DNA of 64,000 nucleotides from Protoeuglena noctilucae (Eukaryota): positions 186,001 to 250,000 of the forward strand of contig OY253672.1 in assembly GCA_958009085.1 (NCBI GenBank). The letters run 5' to 3'. The notes below the pieces were generated by a model that saw nothing but the letters and a program-made list of their open reading frames with translations, had not been told where the DNA came from and ran no database searches. Both the position numbers and the translations under genes were made by a program. Below are positions 23,785 through 36,725 of the stretch, one piece after another. How positions within the stretch are numbered: position 1 is the first letter of the stretch; the number at the start of each line of letters is the position of its first letter.

Positions 23785-26700
23785 ATGTCGGTCTTGGTCA
23801 GGGACGTGGCCTGCCGGGGTTGTCCGGCGGAGCCCCGGGAGCTCCGGGAGCTGCCTGCACGCGCCCAAGCGGATGGGCGCCGCCGGCGAAGCCAGCGCCG
23901 GGATGTCCACGAGCATGTGCCTCATCAAAGAAGACGCATAGGGCTTCGCGAGGTGGCCGTGTGCGCCTCCGAGGGCGCCGAAGTAACGCCTGACATCCCC
24001 GCGCTGATCACGGCGTTGGCCGAAAATGACGAAGAGGCGAGTCCATTAACGCGCAACCGACGCATTGCGTGAGTCGCGTTGTGTCCACGGGGCCACCGTC
24101 ATATCATCCGTCTCTCTCCCCAGGCCGCCTTCCGCGTGGTGCCGTCCCTGCACGAGGCGCTCGCTCCCGTCGCCCGGGAGCACCCGGCGCTCCTCAAGCG
24201 GTACCAGGCCAATGTGCCGCCGCAAGTGTTCGACAGGCTCCTCCACATGGCGCGGGACCGGGGCTCCGCCGCCCCTCTCGAGCTGCTGCACCTCCTCTCG
24301 TACCGCCACGCTGCCCTCGCCACCCACGTCGTCACCCACGACCTGCCGCCCCTCGTGGCCCTCCTGGAGCCCCGAGCCACCCGCGGTGAGCGAGTGACAC
24401 CGCAGGGCCGCGGCGGCACTACTCCGTCCGTGATGCATGTACTCGTAAGAGCCCCGACCTCTCATCGCGGCCAACCCCCGGCCCTGCGCAGGGAGTGACA
24501 TGGTGGCGAGCGCTGCCCACGTCGCGTCATCCGTCGTGACGTACGCCGAGGAGGAGGCGGTGGTCGACGCGGCCCTGCGCACGGGGCTGGCGTCGCGAGT
24601 TGTGATGCTCCTGCACGGCAACGAGGGTGAGGGGCAGCGAGGCGCCTCCCCACCACGTGTTGCTCTGCCGCGCATGTGCCAAGGCCTTCCCTGCGCTCCC
24701 CCGCAGCTCTCCTCCTCGCCCCTGGCCGCTCCGTATCGTGTGGGTCCGCCACGCTGCTGCAGCGGCTGCTGGCCATCCTTCGCAACGTCGCCCTCAGCGC
24801 CACGCCGCAGCAGAGGGCGGACCTGCGGGCGTGCGGGGTCGGCGCGGCGCTGCGGCGGTGGCTGGGGCGGTGCACGGATCCAGGGGACAAGGTGAACGCG
24901 GCGCTGGGGCTGGCGGCGGTGGAGGAGGCGGACGAGGGGGCGGATGGGGCATCCGAGGGGGGCGCGGCTCGCACTGACGGAGGGGGCGCAGGGGCCAGTC
25001 ACGGGAAGCACGGGCGGCGAGGGAGCGGGAGCAGGGGCGAGGGGGCGGGGGAGCGGGACTGGGCGCGGCAGACGGTGTTGGACCTGGTGGCGCTGGATGA
25101 GTGGGACTTGGACGGGACTGGGGGCGGGGACATGAGGTGGGAGCAAGACGGGGGGATTGCGGTGGAGGGGACGGCAGCGAGCACATCGGCTCTGGCGGGA
25201 AAGGGGGCGGGGGCGGTCGAGGAGCGTGCGCCACAGAGGGGAGCTCGATGGCGGGGGCCAGAGAAGAGCGAGGCAGTGACGGGTGAGTGGAGGGGAGTGG
25301 AATGGGGGAATGGGTGTGAGCTGACAGAAAAGACGGCTGACTTGCATGTGACAGTCACCCCGCAGTGACGGATTAGATGATCGACGTCCTGGTGGCCGCC
25401 CTGCCCTCCTCTGCCACGGAAGCAACGTTCCTGGGCCAGGTGTATGTGGCGCCATGGAAGATTCTGCGTGGCATGTCGGCCCTCTGCGCCAGCGACGGGA
25501 ACAAGGACGCCCTGGTGGCGAGGGGGGCAGTGCCCGCGCTGTCGGCCGTGCTGGCGGCCCCGGACCTGGACCGGCAGGAGCGGGTGCGGGTGCACGGGGC
25601 GGGGGTGGTGTGGCAGCTGGCCTTCAGCGAGCGGGGGCGGCAGGCGGTGCTGGCCGAGCCGGGTCTCGTGGAGGCGCTGCGGTGAGGGGCGCTGCTAGTG
25701 GCAGGGGCGTCGCCTGCGCTAGCACGGGGCACCGGCCTTCCCGCCATCCTGCCTTCATCATGTCATGCGCGTTTGACCCCTTTGCTCATGCAGGTCCCTG
25801 TACCGTTCGGCCGAGTCCCCCGCCGTGCGCCGCGCCGCCGAGGGCGCCCTGTGGACGCTGGGGGAGGAGGCGGACGTGGAGGAGCTGTTCGAGGTGGCCA
25901 GGCAGCGGCCGCGGACGGACGAGGCGGACGGGCACGTGTTCATCAGCTACTGCTGGGACGAGCAGCGGATGGCGCTGCTGCTCAAGGCGGAGCTGGAGAA
26001 GCTGGGGTACAGGCGAGGGCGGGGGGATGGGGTGCAGGAGACGGGTGAGCTGGCCGTGCATGAGACTCTGACGACGTGACGCGAAGCCCCCGGGTGTGGC
26101 TGGTGCACCCAGGACGTGGATGGACTTGGAACAGATGCAGGGGAGCACGCTGCAGGCCATGGCCGAGGGGATCGAGGAGGCCGTCGTGGTGAGGGTGGTG
26201 GCGTGACCTCCGACTGCCCTGTCGCGCCTCGCTGGGCCGCGGTCACCCACGCCGCGCCCCTCCTCCACCCCAGGTGGTGCTGTGTCTGTCGCGGGGTTAC
26301 AAGCGCAGCCAGGCGTGCCGCACAGAGGCCGAGTACGCAGCGACGCTGAAGAAGCGGCTGGTGCCGGTGCGCATGGAGGCGGGGTTCGCGCCGACCGGGT
26401 GGCTGGGTGCCATGGTGGCGGGCAAGGCCGTGTTCCAACTGGCAGACCCCAGGAAGGCGGCAGACGTGGCGGGGCTGCTGGCGCGGCACATCGGGGACGT
26501 GGCGGTGGCCCGGGAGCAGGAGCGCTTCCTGCACCGGTGAGCGCGCCCGCGGTGGCCCTTCCGCCCCCTCTCGCATGGCCGCGTCGCCACGGTCCCTGCG
26601 GTCGCTCTCGCAGGGCGGTGGCGGGGACGCAGCGGGAGGACCAGGCCCATCAGTGGACGGAGGAGGAGGTGGCGGTGTGGCTCCACCACATTGGCCTGGG

Positions 26701-26878
26701 CGGTCACGCGGGGGCCTTCCGGCGCCAGGGCATTGACGGGGCTGCCCTGGGGGGCATGGCGCGCTTCATGCGCGCGGACGCCCGGTACGCCTTGGAGCTG
26801 ATCAGGACGGAGCTGAGCATCGAGCGGGTGGGAGAGCTCTTGCGGCTGTGCGAGGGCCTCCATCAGCTCTTAGACTGA
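23785..26878 (+). CDS. ARM-repeat + TIR (TIR_2-type) + SAM domain protein
   Basis: ARM-like helices (ILRGMSALCASDGNKDALVARGAVPALSAVL; AAEGALWTL). TIR: HVFISYCW..TWMDLEQMQGSTLQAMAEGIEEA..LCLSRGYKRSQACRTEAEYA..LVPVRME..GWLG. SAM: WTEEEVAVWLHHIGL..AFRRQGIDGAAL. Confidence 0.9.
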
Positions 26879-27017
26879 CACAGATTCGTGATGCCAGCCT
26901 TGCTTGCCTTGCCAGTGCCGTGAGACGGAGCGCTAGGCGTCCTTTCGTGACCGCATCAGCCTGAAAGCGGATATCCGCTAGCAACACTTTCGAATCCGCG
27001 TGCCTTGTGAGTGAAGA

Positions 27018-28755
27018 ATGGACCATTTGCTCGCAAGCCCGCCCACCCCGCCCGCCCCGCCGGGGGTCGCGCGGGCCGCGGCGCCGGGCTCCGCGACGGT
27101 CGCGCGCTTACGGTACATCGCGGTCGTCGCGGCTCCCGACGTCGGCTCCGCGCTCTCCGCGTCGCTCGAGCCTGCCGCGCGCAACAAAGGCACCGACCGC
27201 TTTCAGCCCCTTCCCCAAGAAGCGGTCGGCAGCGGCATGACCCGGGACGACTTCCTGGAGTTTCTGGAAGGTGCGTGGCACTGTGTACGTGCGTTGAGGC
27301 CCGCCGGCAAGGCTCTCGACAGCGCACGCGCCGGAGATCCTTGCTGCACGGTCGACGCAGGGCTTCCCGACCCACCCGCGACGCTGATGCAGGACGCGGA
27401 CATCACGCGCGGAGAAACGGCAAATGACGAATGGAGCGAGCTACTCGTCGCATGCGGGACCGCCGCGGCCGCTGGCTTCCTCGGCCTCCTGGCCTTCGCA
27501 TGGAAACGCGCCCAAGAGCTCGAGGCGCAGCTTGGCCGCATTGGCCGAGCGCCCGTACGCGAGCGTGAGGCGCCAGCGGAGCGCGCGGAGGTGTCGACGC
27601 CGATCCGGGAGCCGCGCGCGGTCGGGCTCGCCGTGACGCGCATGCTGGAGGACCTGGACCAGAGGGTCAGCAGCGGGCCCCCGCTGGGGGAGCCGGGCGC
27701 GGGCATGGCGGGCCCGAGGAAGGGGCGGGAGCGGCGGGGTGCCGGGGGCACGGAGGGCGGGCCGCGGCGTCCCAGGAGGGGGCGGGCGGGGCGGGGCAGC
27801 GGTGCGCCGGGCGTGGGGCGCCGGGAGGGGTTGGAAGGCGGGCAGGGGACGGTGGTCGTTGCGGACACGAACACCTACATGTGCGAGTTGCGGGCCGCGC
27901 GGCAGCTGCTGGAGAGGCCGGACGGGTGAGGGGAGCGGAGGGGGCTGCCTGGGGTTAGGGTGGGGCCGTCGCCGTTGTTTCATGCCGTCCGCTGGGCCCG
28001 CAGGCCGAGCGTCGTGGTTCCTGCGACGGTGGTGGCTGAGCTGGACGGTCTGCGTCACTCGCCCAACCCCGAGACGAGCTACAGCGCCCGCATTGCGCTG
28101 GCGGCCATTGAGGAGAGCGTCGGGGGGGCGCTGATGGGGTGGCTGCGGTCGGCGAGGGCGGCGCAGGTGGGGCAGCGATCGCCGGGCTAGGCTGCTGGGG
28201 CTGTGGGTGCGAGGACGTGACCCAGTGACTCTGCCTGGCCCATGGCCGCAGGCGGAGGGGGGCGTGAGGATTCCTTTCCTGGCACGCCTGCCCGAGGAGG
28301 GGCGAGCGCGGGGCGGCACGTGGAGGCGCGGCGTGGCGGTGGGACCGTCGCGTGGGGCTGGGGGCGAGGGCCCAGGCGCGGACGTGCCAGGGTGGGGCGC
28401 AGGGCGGGAGCGGGACGGGGACCGGGAACTGTTGGAGGTGTGCCTGGCGATCCGGGAGGCGGGGGGGCGAGCGGGGGAGGAGGAGGGGCACCTGGGAGGG
28501 TGGGAGCGTGTGCTGCGTGGCGCGGAGGGCGACGGTGAGGGGGGCGGCAAGAGGGGCGCGTCGGGCCGGGAGCTTGGAGACGCGGGGGCGGTGGTGGCCA
28601 TCCGCGTGCCGGGACCCGACGCCGCGGGGCACGGGGAGCCTCCCGCAGTGCGCGTGGTGCTGCTGACGGCGGACCGGGCCCTGCAGCTGTCGGGGGTGCT
28701 GGAAGGGATCCAGGCAATGCCCATTGCCGCGGGACGGGATGGGGCGCCGGGGTGA
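27018..28755 (+). CDS. PIN-domain (PIN_4/Swt1-like) ribonuclease with N-terminal hydrophobic helix
   Basis: VVVADTN, VVVPATVVAELDGL, DRELLEVC, VVLLTADRAL. Hydrophobic LLVACGTAAAAGFLGLLAFAW followed by KR. Start could be 27238. Confidence 0.8.
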
Positions 28756-28866
28756 GGCCCCGACGGCGTTGTCATGCGACGAAAAGGCTACGCTTGCTTA
28801 TGTGCAGTGCCTTGCTATTGCTTCGAATTCAAATGGTGAATTGGTCAACGGCGCCCCACTCCAACC

Positions 28867-31552
28867 TCAAAGCTTGGAGCCAACCTGCCTTCGCACATCC
28901 CCGCGCTGGCTTGGCCCCACGGCTGCCAGTGCAGCCCCATCTGCCCCTTCCGTGCCCTCTCCCGCTCCCTCCCCCTCCGGCAACCCCTGCCCCTCCAACC
29001 CCCTCTCGCGCACCCCATGGCCGCTCGTGTCCCCCCGCGGACCGGGAGAGTGCCGCTCTCCACGCCCCAGCCCCGACAGACTCGCCGACCGCCGCCGCCC
29101 CACGCGCGCGCGCGTCCCCCGCGCCCACCACCGCAGCACCGTCACGCTCACCGACGCGCGCGAGCCCACGCTCAGCCCCACGCCAGCCCCCGCCGGGTCC
29201 TGAGCCTCCCCGCGCTCCGACTCTGGCTCTGAGGCCCCGCCTGAGGCGCTACTCTCCGCATCTGCGACTGTCCCCGCCGCCACTGCCACCCCGCCTTGGC
29301 CTGCGACCGCCACCTCCCCCGCCACCACTGCCACCGCTGCCCCCTGGCCCTCCTCCCGCGGCCCCCGCACTCCCTTCCGCATCTCCGCCACGTACGCCTG
29401 GATCATGCCCTCCTCCAGGTCCCTCGTCCCGGGAATGCTCTCTTCCCGGCTCGTCAATGCGTGCCGGACCAGAGCCCCGACACGCAGGCGATAGTAGCGA
29501 CAGCCGTGCATCAATCGACCACGAACGACGGCTTGAGAGAAGGTCGGCTGGAAGAGGGGCGGGTGGGAAGGGCTGCGAGACAGGCAAGGGCGTGGGCATG
29601 GGATGGGATGGAGCGCGAGCCGGGCCACACGCAGCGGCAGGGACTCTTCAGCCTCGCACCTGGCTGCAGCTGCAGTGGCCGCGGCCACCGCCTGCACTGC
29701 CGCCTCTGCCTCCGCCTCTGCCTCCGCGTCTCTGTCCGCCACGCCGGCGCCCGCGCCGTCCCTCACGCCCCGCCAGTGCAGCGGCCTCACGCACTCCCCC
29801 ATCATGGCGTACTCGGGCGCCCCCTCCCACACCGCCCGCACCCACTCGCCGTGCTGCGCCGCCACCCGTCGCGTCAGCCGCGGCGCCCCCTCCCACACCG
29901 CGCGTGCCAGCTGCCCCGACTGGGCCGCCACCGCCCGGGACAGCTCGCTCGCCGCGATCCCCGACGCCGCCCTCGCCGTCGCCCGGGCCACGCTTGACAC
30001 CACGCCCCCCGCCGCGACCAGACCCGCGGCCGCCCCGCTCACAGGAGACCGGGCGCGGCTGGCGACCCCACCCGACACCGCGGTCCCCTCGGGGCCATCT
30101 GCCACGCCCTCGCCAGGCGCAGCGCTCCCGTCACAGGACGATGCGACGGACCTGCCGACCCCGTCCTCGGCAGAGGCGCCCGATTCCCTCTCTGGTGCTT
30201 TGGCCGAAATGAAAGCCCTGCGCACGTGCGACAGCCGGCGCCCTGCCCTGTCCGCCGCGCAGGGCTCAGGCTCGGCAGGGGCGGGACCTGGCGCGGCCTG
30301 GTCTGCACCGGTCTGACCGACCAGGGCCACGGCACTGGGGCCTGGCGCCCCCTGGGGCACAAAGGGCCTCTTGTTCGCTTGGAAGGGCCCCGTGCACCCG
30401 TGCTTCTGCGCAAACAAGGACACGAGCGTCTCACCATCTATCCTCGAAACGAGGGCCCTCGCCCTCATGCGCATGCGATGGCACGCACCTGGAACGGCGT
30501 GTATTGCAGCACGTGCGGAATGGGATCCTCCGGCAGCAGGTAGTGGGCGACGCAGCGCGTCCACCCGCAGGCGCGGCAGAGCGACGCCAGGGCGTGGTTT
30601 CCCACAGGGGGCACGGCGAACCCCACGCAATGGACGCGGCGCTGGAGGTGAGGAGGCAGCGACGACAGCAGGCGCAGGGTTGCCAGCGTCGCGACGGCGC
30701 CGCCCAGGCTGTGCCCGGTAAAGACGATGTCCTTGTCCTTGGCCAGCGCCTCACGGAAGAGGTCCTCGGCAGGCACGGCCAGCGCCCTCTGCGCGAAGCC
30801 ATTGTGGGCCGCGGGGACGGCGCGGGGGGAGGGGCGGCGGTCCGAGGGGTGGGGGGCGTGGCGCGGCGGGGGCGCGGAGTCGGAGCGCTGGGATGGGCGG
30901 TCGCGGGCAGCGAGAGACTGCGGGCGGAGTGGCGCACAGTCATGAGTTGGCAGAGGCCCAGGGTGGCGCAGATGGCCCCCGGCGAGGGATGGCGCCGTCT
31001 CGCCTGCAGTGCACGCGGCAGGGCACGGCGCGCGTCGGCGGGGAGCGCCCTCAGCACGGCCACGAGCCGGTCGTTGTCCAGCAGCGGCATCATGCTCAGG
31101 CCGTCGACGTCCACCAGCACGTCCTCTAAGGCCTTGGTGCCCATGATGCCCACGTACAGCGCCGCCTCCCCCTCGGCGACCACAAAGCGCTGCGGGGCCC
31201 CGGGGGGCGACGCCCGCACGGAGTAGTAGTCGCACGCGCCAGAAGGCAGGGCGTCCTTGTACCGCTGGCCCCACGCGGCCTCCTCCCCGCGCTTGTACGC
31301 CACCTCCGCCACGGCGCTCGCCGTCACCACCCGCCGAAGCTCCTCTGCGTCCGCGGCGCCGAGCAGGCGACACGCCAGCGCCACGCGCGACGCGGCGTGC
31401 GCGCCTAACGGACCTGCGGCCGCCGCGCTAAGCCGGGCCTGCCCCCTCGCCCGCTCCATCACCGCCTCGGGGGCATGCCTGTGGCGCCGGGGGCTGGCCG
31501 CAACATCCCAGGCCGGGGTGCCCAGGATGCTGATCAGGGATTCGGTGGACAC
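28867..31552 (-). CDS. Class 3 lipase (alpha/beta hydrolase), plant At3g07400-like
   Basis: VGIMGT, AHNGFAQRALAVP, IVFTGHSLGGAVATLATL (GxSxG), FAVPPVGN, PEDPIP (Asp), distal LMHGCRYYRLR (His). The 5' end probably extends upstream of 31552. Confidence 0.85.
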
Positions 31553-32998
31553 ACTTGGGGAGGAGGGCTTGGCAGCAGAAGACTCCTTTTGGGGGAACAG
31601 CCGGGACAGTGCACGTGAGGGCGCGGGGTGCTAGGGGCGCACGCAGTGCCGGTAGGGGTCGCGCAGTCAAGTCACCTGAGGGGCCTGCCACAGCCCTTGC
31701 CATGCACGTCCGGCGGTGGCGGCGGCGGATGCGGTGCGCTGCGGGCCGAGCGTCTGCCCCGGGCCCTCCCCCGACCTGCGCCGCGCCTCGGCACGCGCAG
31801 GAAGGGGCGGTGAGGAGCCCAGGAGGCCCTGTCCGATGGACTGCTGAAGCGATGCCCAGCTGCTCGAAGACCGCAGGCTTTGCGGCGGTGATGCGAAGCG
31901 CGCTGCGGGAAGCCATGGAGTTCAGGGGCTGCCCTTGGCTGCCCTTGCGACGAGCCCGGCCGAGGCGCTCGCGGCGGCACATGCTCGGGGAAGAAGACGG
32001 CAGCAGCCATTCTAGGACAGTCGACTGCAGCAAACCAACTGCACCTGTCGAGCCTTCTGGGGATGCAAGGCTGGAGGTCGAAGCCCTGCACGGGGGCGGG
32101 CTGGAGCCGCGAAGAAACACTGCGAGGAGAAAAAGTGGCGTCTCGGTTTCCAAAAGCACGCGCGACGCGCTGCACCTGCGCCGACAAGCCCTGGTCGCTT
32201 TGTGTCGAGGAATCTCCGCGCATAGGCCCCGCTAGAAAGGATAGCTTGCGGCATAGGAAGCATGTACCTCCACTCTTCACCCATGTGGGCCGCGAGCGGC
32301 CATGGGACGACGGCAGCATTCGTCAATGCAAGGGCGCGGTCAAAGCAAGGGCGACATCTGCCCAGAAGTGGCAGGGCTCCGGCTGCTGGGATACTGGTTG
32401 CTTTTCAGAGCGCGGATTTCACAGGCGCGCTCCTGTGGAGGAATGCCGCCATTTTTCGCCCAAGAGATCCGTTTCACTGGCGGGGCTGACACGAGCAGCA
32501 ACTTGCCAACTCGCTGCATAACGCGGAGCTGGCGCTGCTTTGTACGCGCATTGGGTTCGTTGACGACCGCGGGCATCCTGGTAGGCGCATCCCATCGGCC
32601 TCGAGGGAGGCAGCGCTGGCTGTTTCTAGAACGCAGCCTGCACGCACGCGAGGCGCGGGATCGGCGCGACAGGGTGAGAATCCACCATGCCCGCCTCCGC
32701 ACAGTCGTTCAGCGGACTGCTCTGGCCATTTGCGTCGCCTCGCGGCCCCTCGGGAACGGCATGACCGTCCCACTATCCTCTGTCAATTGCGGTCCCTTGG
32801 CGAGGCAGAGGGCCAGATCTTCTCGCTGGCCTGGCTGTAATGCAAGTCTGCACATGTTTGGAGCAGGCGCGGGTCCCGATGTTGCGGCAGGCGCCTGCTC
32901 TCGCACGGGGAGCCTCTGAAGCTCGTGCGGCGCGATGCGGCCCCCGATCCCTCGCACCGACGCAGTTCATCGCTGATCCGGCGATTCGATAGTGGAGG

Positions 32999-35900
32999 AT
33001 GGCGCTGCTGAGGACGCGGGGGCCTCGCGTCCGCCTGATGGCGGCGCTGGCCATGCTCCTCTGCATGCTGTTGACTGCGCAGGCCGCCCTGATGGCCATC
33101 GACTTGGGGACGGATACCATGAAGGTGCAAGTCGCTGTGCGTTCGTCTGTACATGCGCTCGGCGCGCACGCCGTCCTCTTAAGCGTGTCCCAACCTGCCC
33201 CGCTCGCCCCCCTGCTGCAGATTGCCATGGTGGGCAAGCGTGACCGCAAGCCGGGCGACTCGCCCATCGAGATCGTGCTGAACGAGGGCGGCTCGCGGAA
33301 GACCCCGACGGGCGTGGCCTTCGCCCGGGGCGAGCGCGTCACGGGGGGCAACCTCGCCACCGTGAGGAGCAAGTTCCCGCAGGTGGGGGCGCGCGTCGCT
33401 CAGCGAACAGCTGTGGGGTGTTTGGACGCCCGTGTGGACGCTTCTTGCTGGCTTGGCCTTTCATTTCACCCGGCCAGTGAGATGCGGTGTGCCTAGCCTG
33501 CACTACGCCTCCTCGCCCTCCCTGCAGGACACCTACACGCGGATCATGGACATGCTGGGTCGGCAGTACGACGACGAGGACCTGCGGGCCAAGATGGCCG
33601 CCACGCTCCGCCCCTTCGAGATCGTCGCCTCGGACAACCGAGGCCGGGCGGGCGTGGTGTCCAAGGAGGGGCCCATGACTGCCGAGGAGCTCCTGGGCCA
33701 CGTGCTCGTGTACGCCAAAAACCTGGCGACGGGTGCGGGCCCGCCTGCGTTGCAGCTTATGCGTCCCCAGTGCCAGCGAGGTGTCTTGGCCGTCATTCGT
33801 GCCACCACCGGACGACCCCTCTCGCCGCCCCCGCAGACGTGAACGGCGGGGAGCCCGTCAACCAGGTCACGCTCGTCGTGCCGCCCCACTTTGGCCACGC
33901 AGCGCGGCAGGCCGTCCTGGACGTGAGGGGCCATGGCAGCAGGATGCCCCTGGCGCTTGCCTCCCCTCCCCGCCCCTCCCGTCTCACCGCGCGCCCCTCC
34001 TCCCTTTCTCCCAGGCCGCCGAGCTCGCGGGCCTCAAGGTGCTGAGCATCGTCAACTCCCACGCGGCGGCGGCGCTGCGGTACATGGTGCAGGGGGTGTA
34101 CGTGCCGAGCACCTCGAAGAGGGAGGCGGAGCGGGTGCTGTTCTACGACATGGGTGCGGGTTCGACGGTGGTGGCGCTGGTGGAGTACACGACGGCGGCC
34201 GGGGGCGTGGGGGAGGCGGTGGTGCGGGACGTGGCCTGGGACGCGGACCTGGGCGGGGAGGCGCTGGAGATGGCGCTGGTGGACGACCTGGCCCGGCGCT
34301 TCAACGCCGACCACGTCGCCGAGCTGGCCGGGCGCGACATCCGCGACGACGCCAAGGCCATGCTGCGGCTGCAGTCGGCGTGCCGGCGGGCCAAGGAGGT
34401 GCTGTCGGCCAACACCGAGACAGTGGTCTACATCGACGAGTTCCTGGGGGACACCCCCCTGACTTACAAGCTGGCGCGCGCGGACCTGGAGGCCGCCGTG
34501 GCGCCCCTGCTGGCCCGTGCCCAGGAGCCCCTGGCGGCCATCGTGGCGCGCAACGCGCTGCGGGCCGAGCAGCTGGCCAACTTTGAGCTCCTGGGCGGCG
34601 GCACCCGCGTGCCCGGCGTGGTGACGGCCATCTCCGCGGCGCTCCCCGGCGCCGACGTCTCCCGCCACCTCGACTCGGACGAGGCCGTGGTGTGGGGCGG
34701 GGCCATGTTTGCAGCCAACTCGAGCTCCTCCTTCAAGATGAAGCGCTTCCTCTTCACGGACGGCGCCCCGCACGCCTACGACCTCGTCACGTGGCCCGCG
34801 GGGCAGAGCAGCGCCACGCACCCCGTCGCCGGCCTCATGCGCGACTGGGAGGCGCGGGCGGCGGCCGCGGGGCCGGAGGGGGAGGCGCCGCCGCCCCCGG
34901 TGCGCCGCGTGCTGCCGCGCATGTTCCCCACGGGCCGCGGCCGGCAGGTGGTGCTGTTCGACGCCGCGGACGGCATGGCCATCGAGGTGGTGGCGTCCGA
35001 GGAGGGCAACCCCCAGGGCCGCCCGCGGGACCTGGCCAAGCCCGTGCTGGGCCGGTGGTTCCTGGGGGGCCTGGCGGCGGCCGAGGCCGCGCACGGCGCC
35101 GACAGCATCGAGAAGGTGACCGTGACGGTGCGGGTGGACCACGGGGGCATGGTGCGCGTGACGTCCCCCACGGCGCACGTGCGGACGGTACACAAGGTCG
35201 AGAAGAGAGTCTTGGTGGAGGAGGAGGGGGAGGGGGAGGGGGAGGGGGAGGAGGCGGCGACGGGCGCTGGCGCTGGGGCGCCGGGGTCGTCGCCGGGCGC
35301 GGAGGGGGAGGGGCAGGGGGCGGAGGGCGCCGAGGGGGCGTCGCGGCCGAAGAGGCGCGTGTACAAGACGGTGACGGTGGATGAGCCGGCGGTGGAGCGC
35401 GTGGCGCTGGAGCTGACGGGGGGCGTGCTGGGCGGGGAAATGGACCGCGCGACGTGGGCGTCCGTGACGGCGCGGTTCGGGGCGATCGAGGAGCGGGAGG
35501 CGGTCAAGCACCGCGTGCTGAGCCTGCAGCACCGCCTGGAGACGGACCTGTTCGCGTGGATGGACCACGTGGGCGGGGGCGACGCGCACGACTACGCGAC
35601 GGCGGCGGAGCGGTCGGCCATCCAGTCCTTCCTGGCCGACCTGGAGGAGTGGCTGTACGACGAGGGCATGGACGAGACGGACCCCGCCGTGCTGCAGGGG
35701 CGGCTGGACGCGCTGCACGAGGCGGTGCGGGGCCCCCGGACGCGGATGCGGGAGGCGCAGGAGCGGTTGTTCGTGGTGCCGGAGGTGCTGGCGCTGGCGG
35801 ACGAGGTGGAGGCGGAGGTGGAGGGGTGGGAGGAGAGCCGGCCGTGGCTGGGGCGGGACGAGCGGGAGGAGGTGCTGGAGGAGGCGCGGGGGCTGCGGGA

Positions 35901-36117
35901 GTGGGTGCAGGCGGTGGCGGACGCGGCCAAGGGGCAGCCGCGGGACGCCGACCCGGCCGTGACGGTGGCGGAGATGGTGGGGCGGGGGGCGGCCCTCGAG
36001 AGGCACCGTGACAAGCTGGCGCGGAGGCAGAAGCCCAGGGAGGCGCCCCGCGAGGAGGGGCCGGGGGAGGAGGGGGGCGCGGGGGACGCGGACGGCGGGG
36101 CGCACGAGGAGCTGTGA
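32999..36117 (+). CDS. HYOU1: ER-lumenal HSP70/HSP110-type chaperone (GRP170/HYOU1, HSP70-17)
   Basis: Signal peptide, AIDLGT, IVLNEGGSRKTP, FYDMGAGST, AKEVLSAN, LLGGGTRVP, HLDSDEA, EEWLYDEG. C-terminal HEEL ER-retention signal. Confidence 0.95.
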
Positions 36118-36725
36118 GGCGGCGGCAGCGGGGGCGGATTGCCGCGACAGCAATGCGCGCTGATTGCGTGCTCCGTTTGGTTGTTTCGTGCCTGCTCATT
36201 TGCGTGCTGCGTTCTCCCTACCAATTCAAGCACGCATGTCTGGGCTTAGGCCTTACAGAGGGCGCGAACCGAGTGCTCTGCGGCGCGACAAGCCGGAAAC
36301 CTGGCCAGGCCTCTGCACAACGCGTGCTAGGCGTGGCATGGACACGTCACCTGCAGCAAGTCTCCGGGCTAACAGCACATCTCGGGCCGGTGCGGCGGCC
36401 AACACGGGCGCAGGCGCGGGCTTCCACGCCCGTGGGCCGCCCGTGGTTGCGGGAGGGGGAAAATCCACGGCGATCGGGCGGCGGGCCCCCGTCCGCCTGG
36501 CCTGGAAGAATGGCGTGCCGAGGGCGGTGCCCCCGGACGGGAAAGGACGTGATAGAGCTCAGAGTCAGTGATGCGCATCGATATCGATGAATGCAAGGGG
36601 TCCGGAAGGGGCGGAGGGTGCCGTGGGGGGCCCTTGGCGAAACGGCGGCGCTCCCCTGCTCTGCCGCGCAGTGGAGGGCGGCCCGGTCCCGCCCGACCGA
36701 GCCTGCTCTCCACCCTGCAGCACCG

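Noticed and set aside
28867..31552. Lipase as an EDS1/PAD4 orthologue
   Set aside because: No recognisable EP domain, and the motifs fit the At3g07400-type class-3 lipases better.
33793..36153. Very long ORFs such as 33793-36153 (-), 9479-11731 (+), 53510-55561 (+), 48542-50251 (-) and 3331-4368 (+)
   Set aside because: Antisense shadows of real genes. Stops are rare at this GC content and the translations lack motifs.
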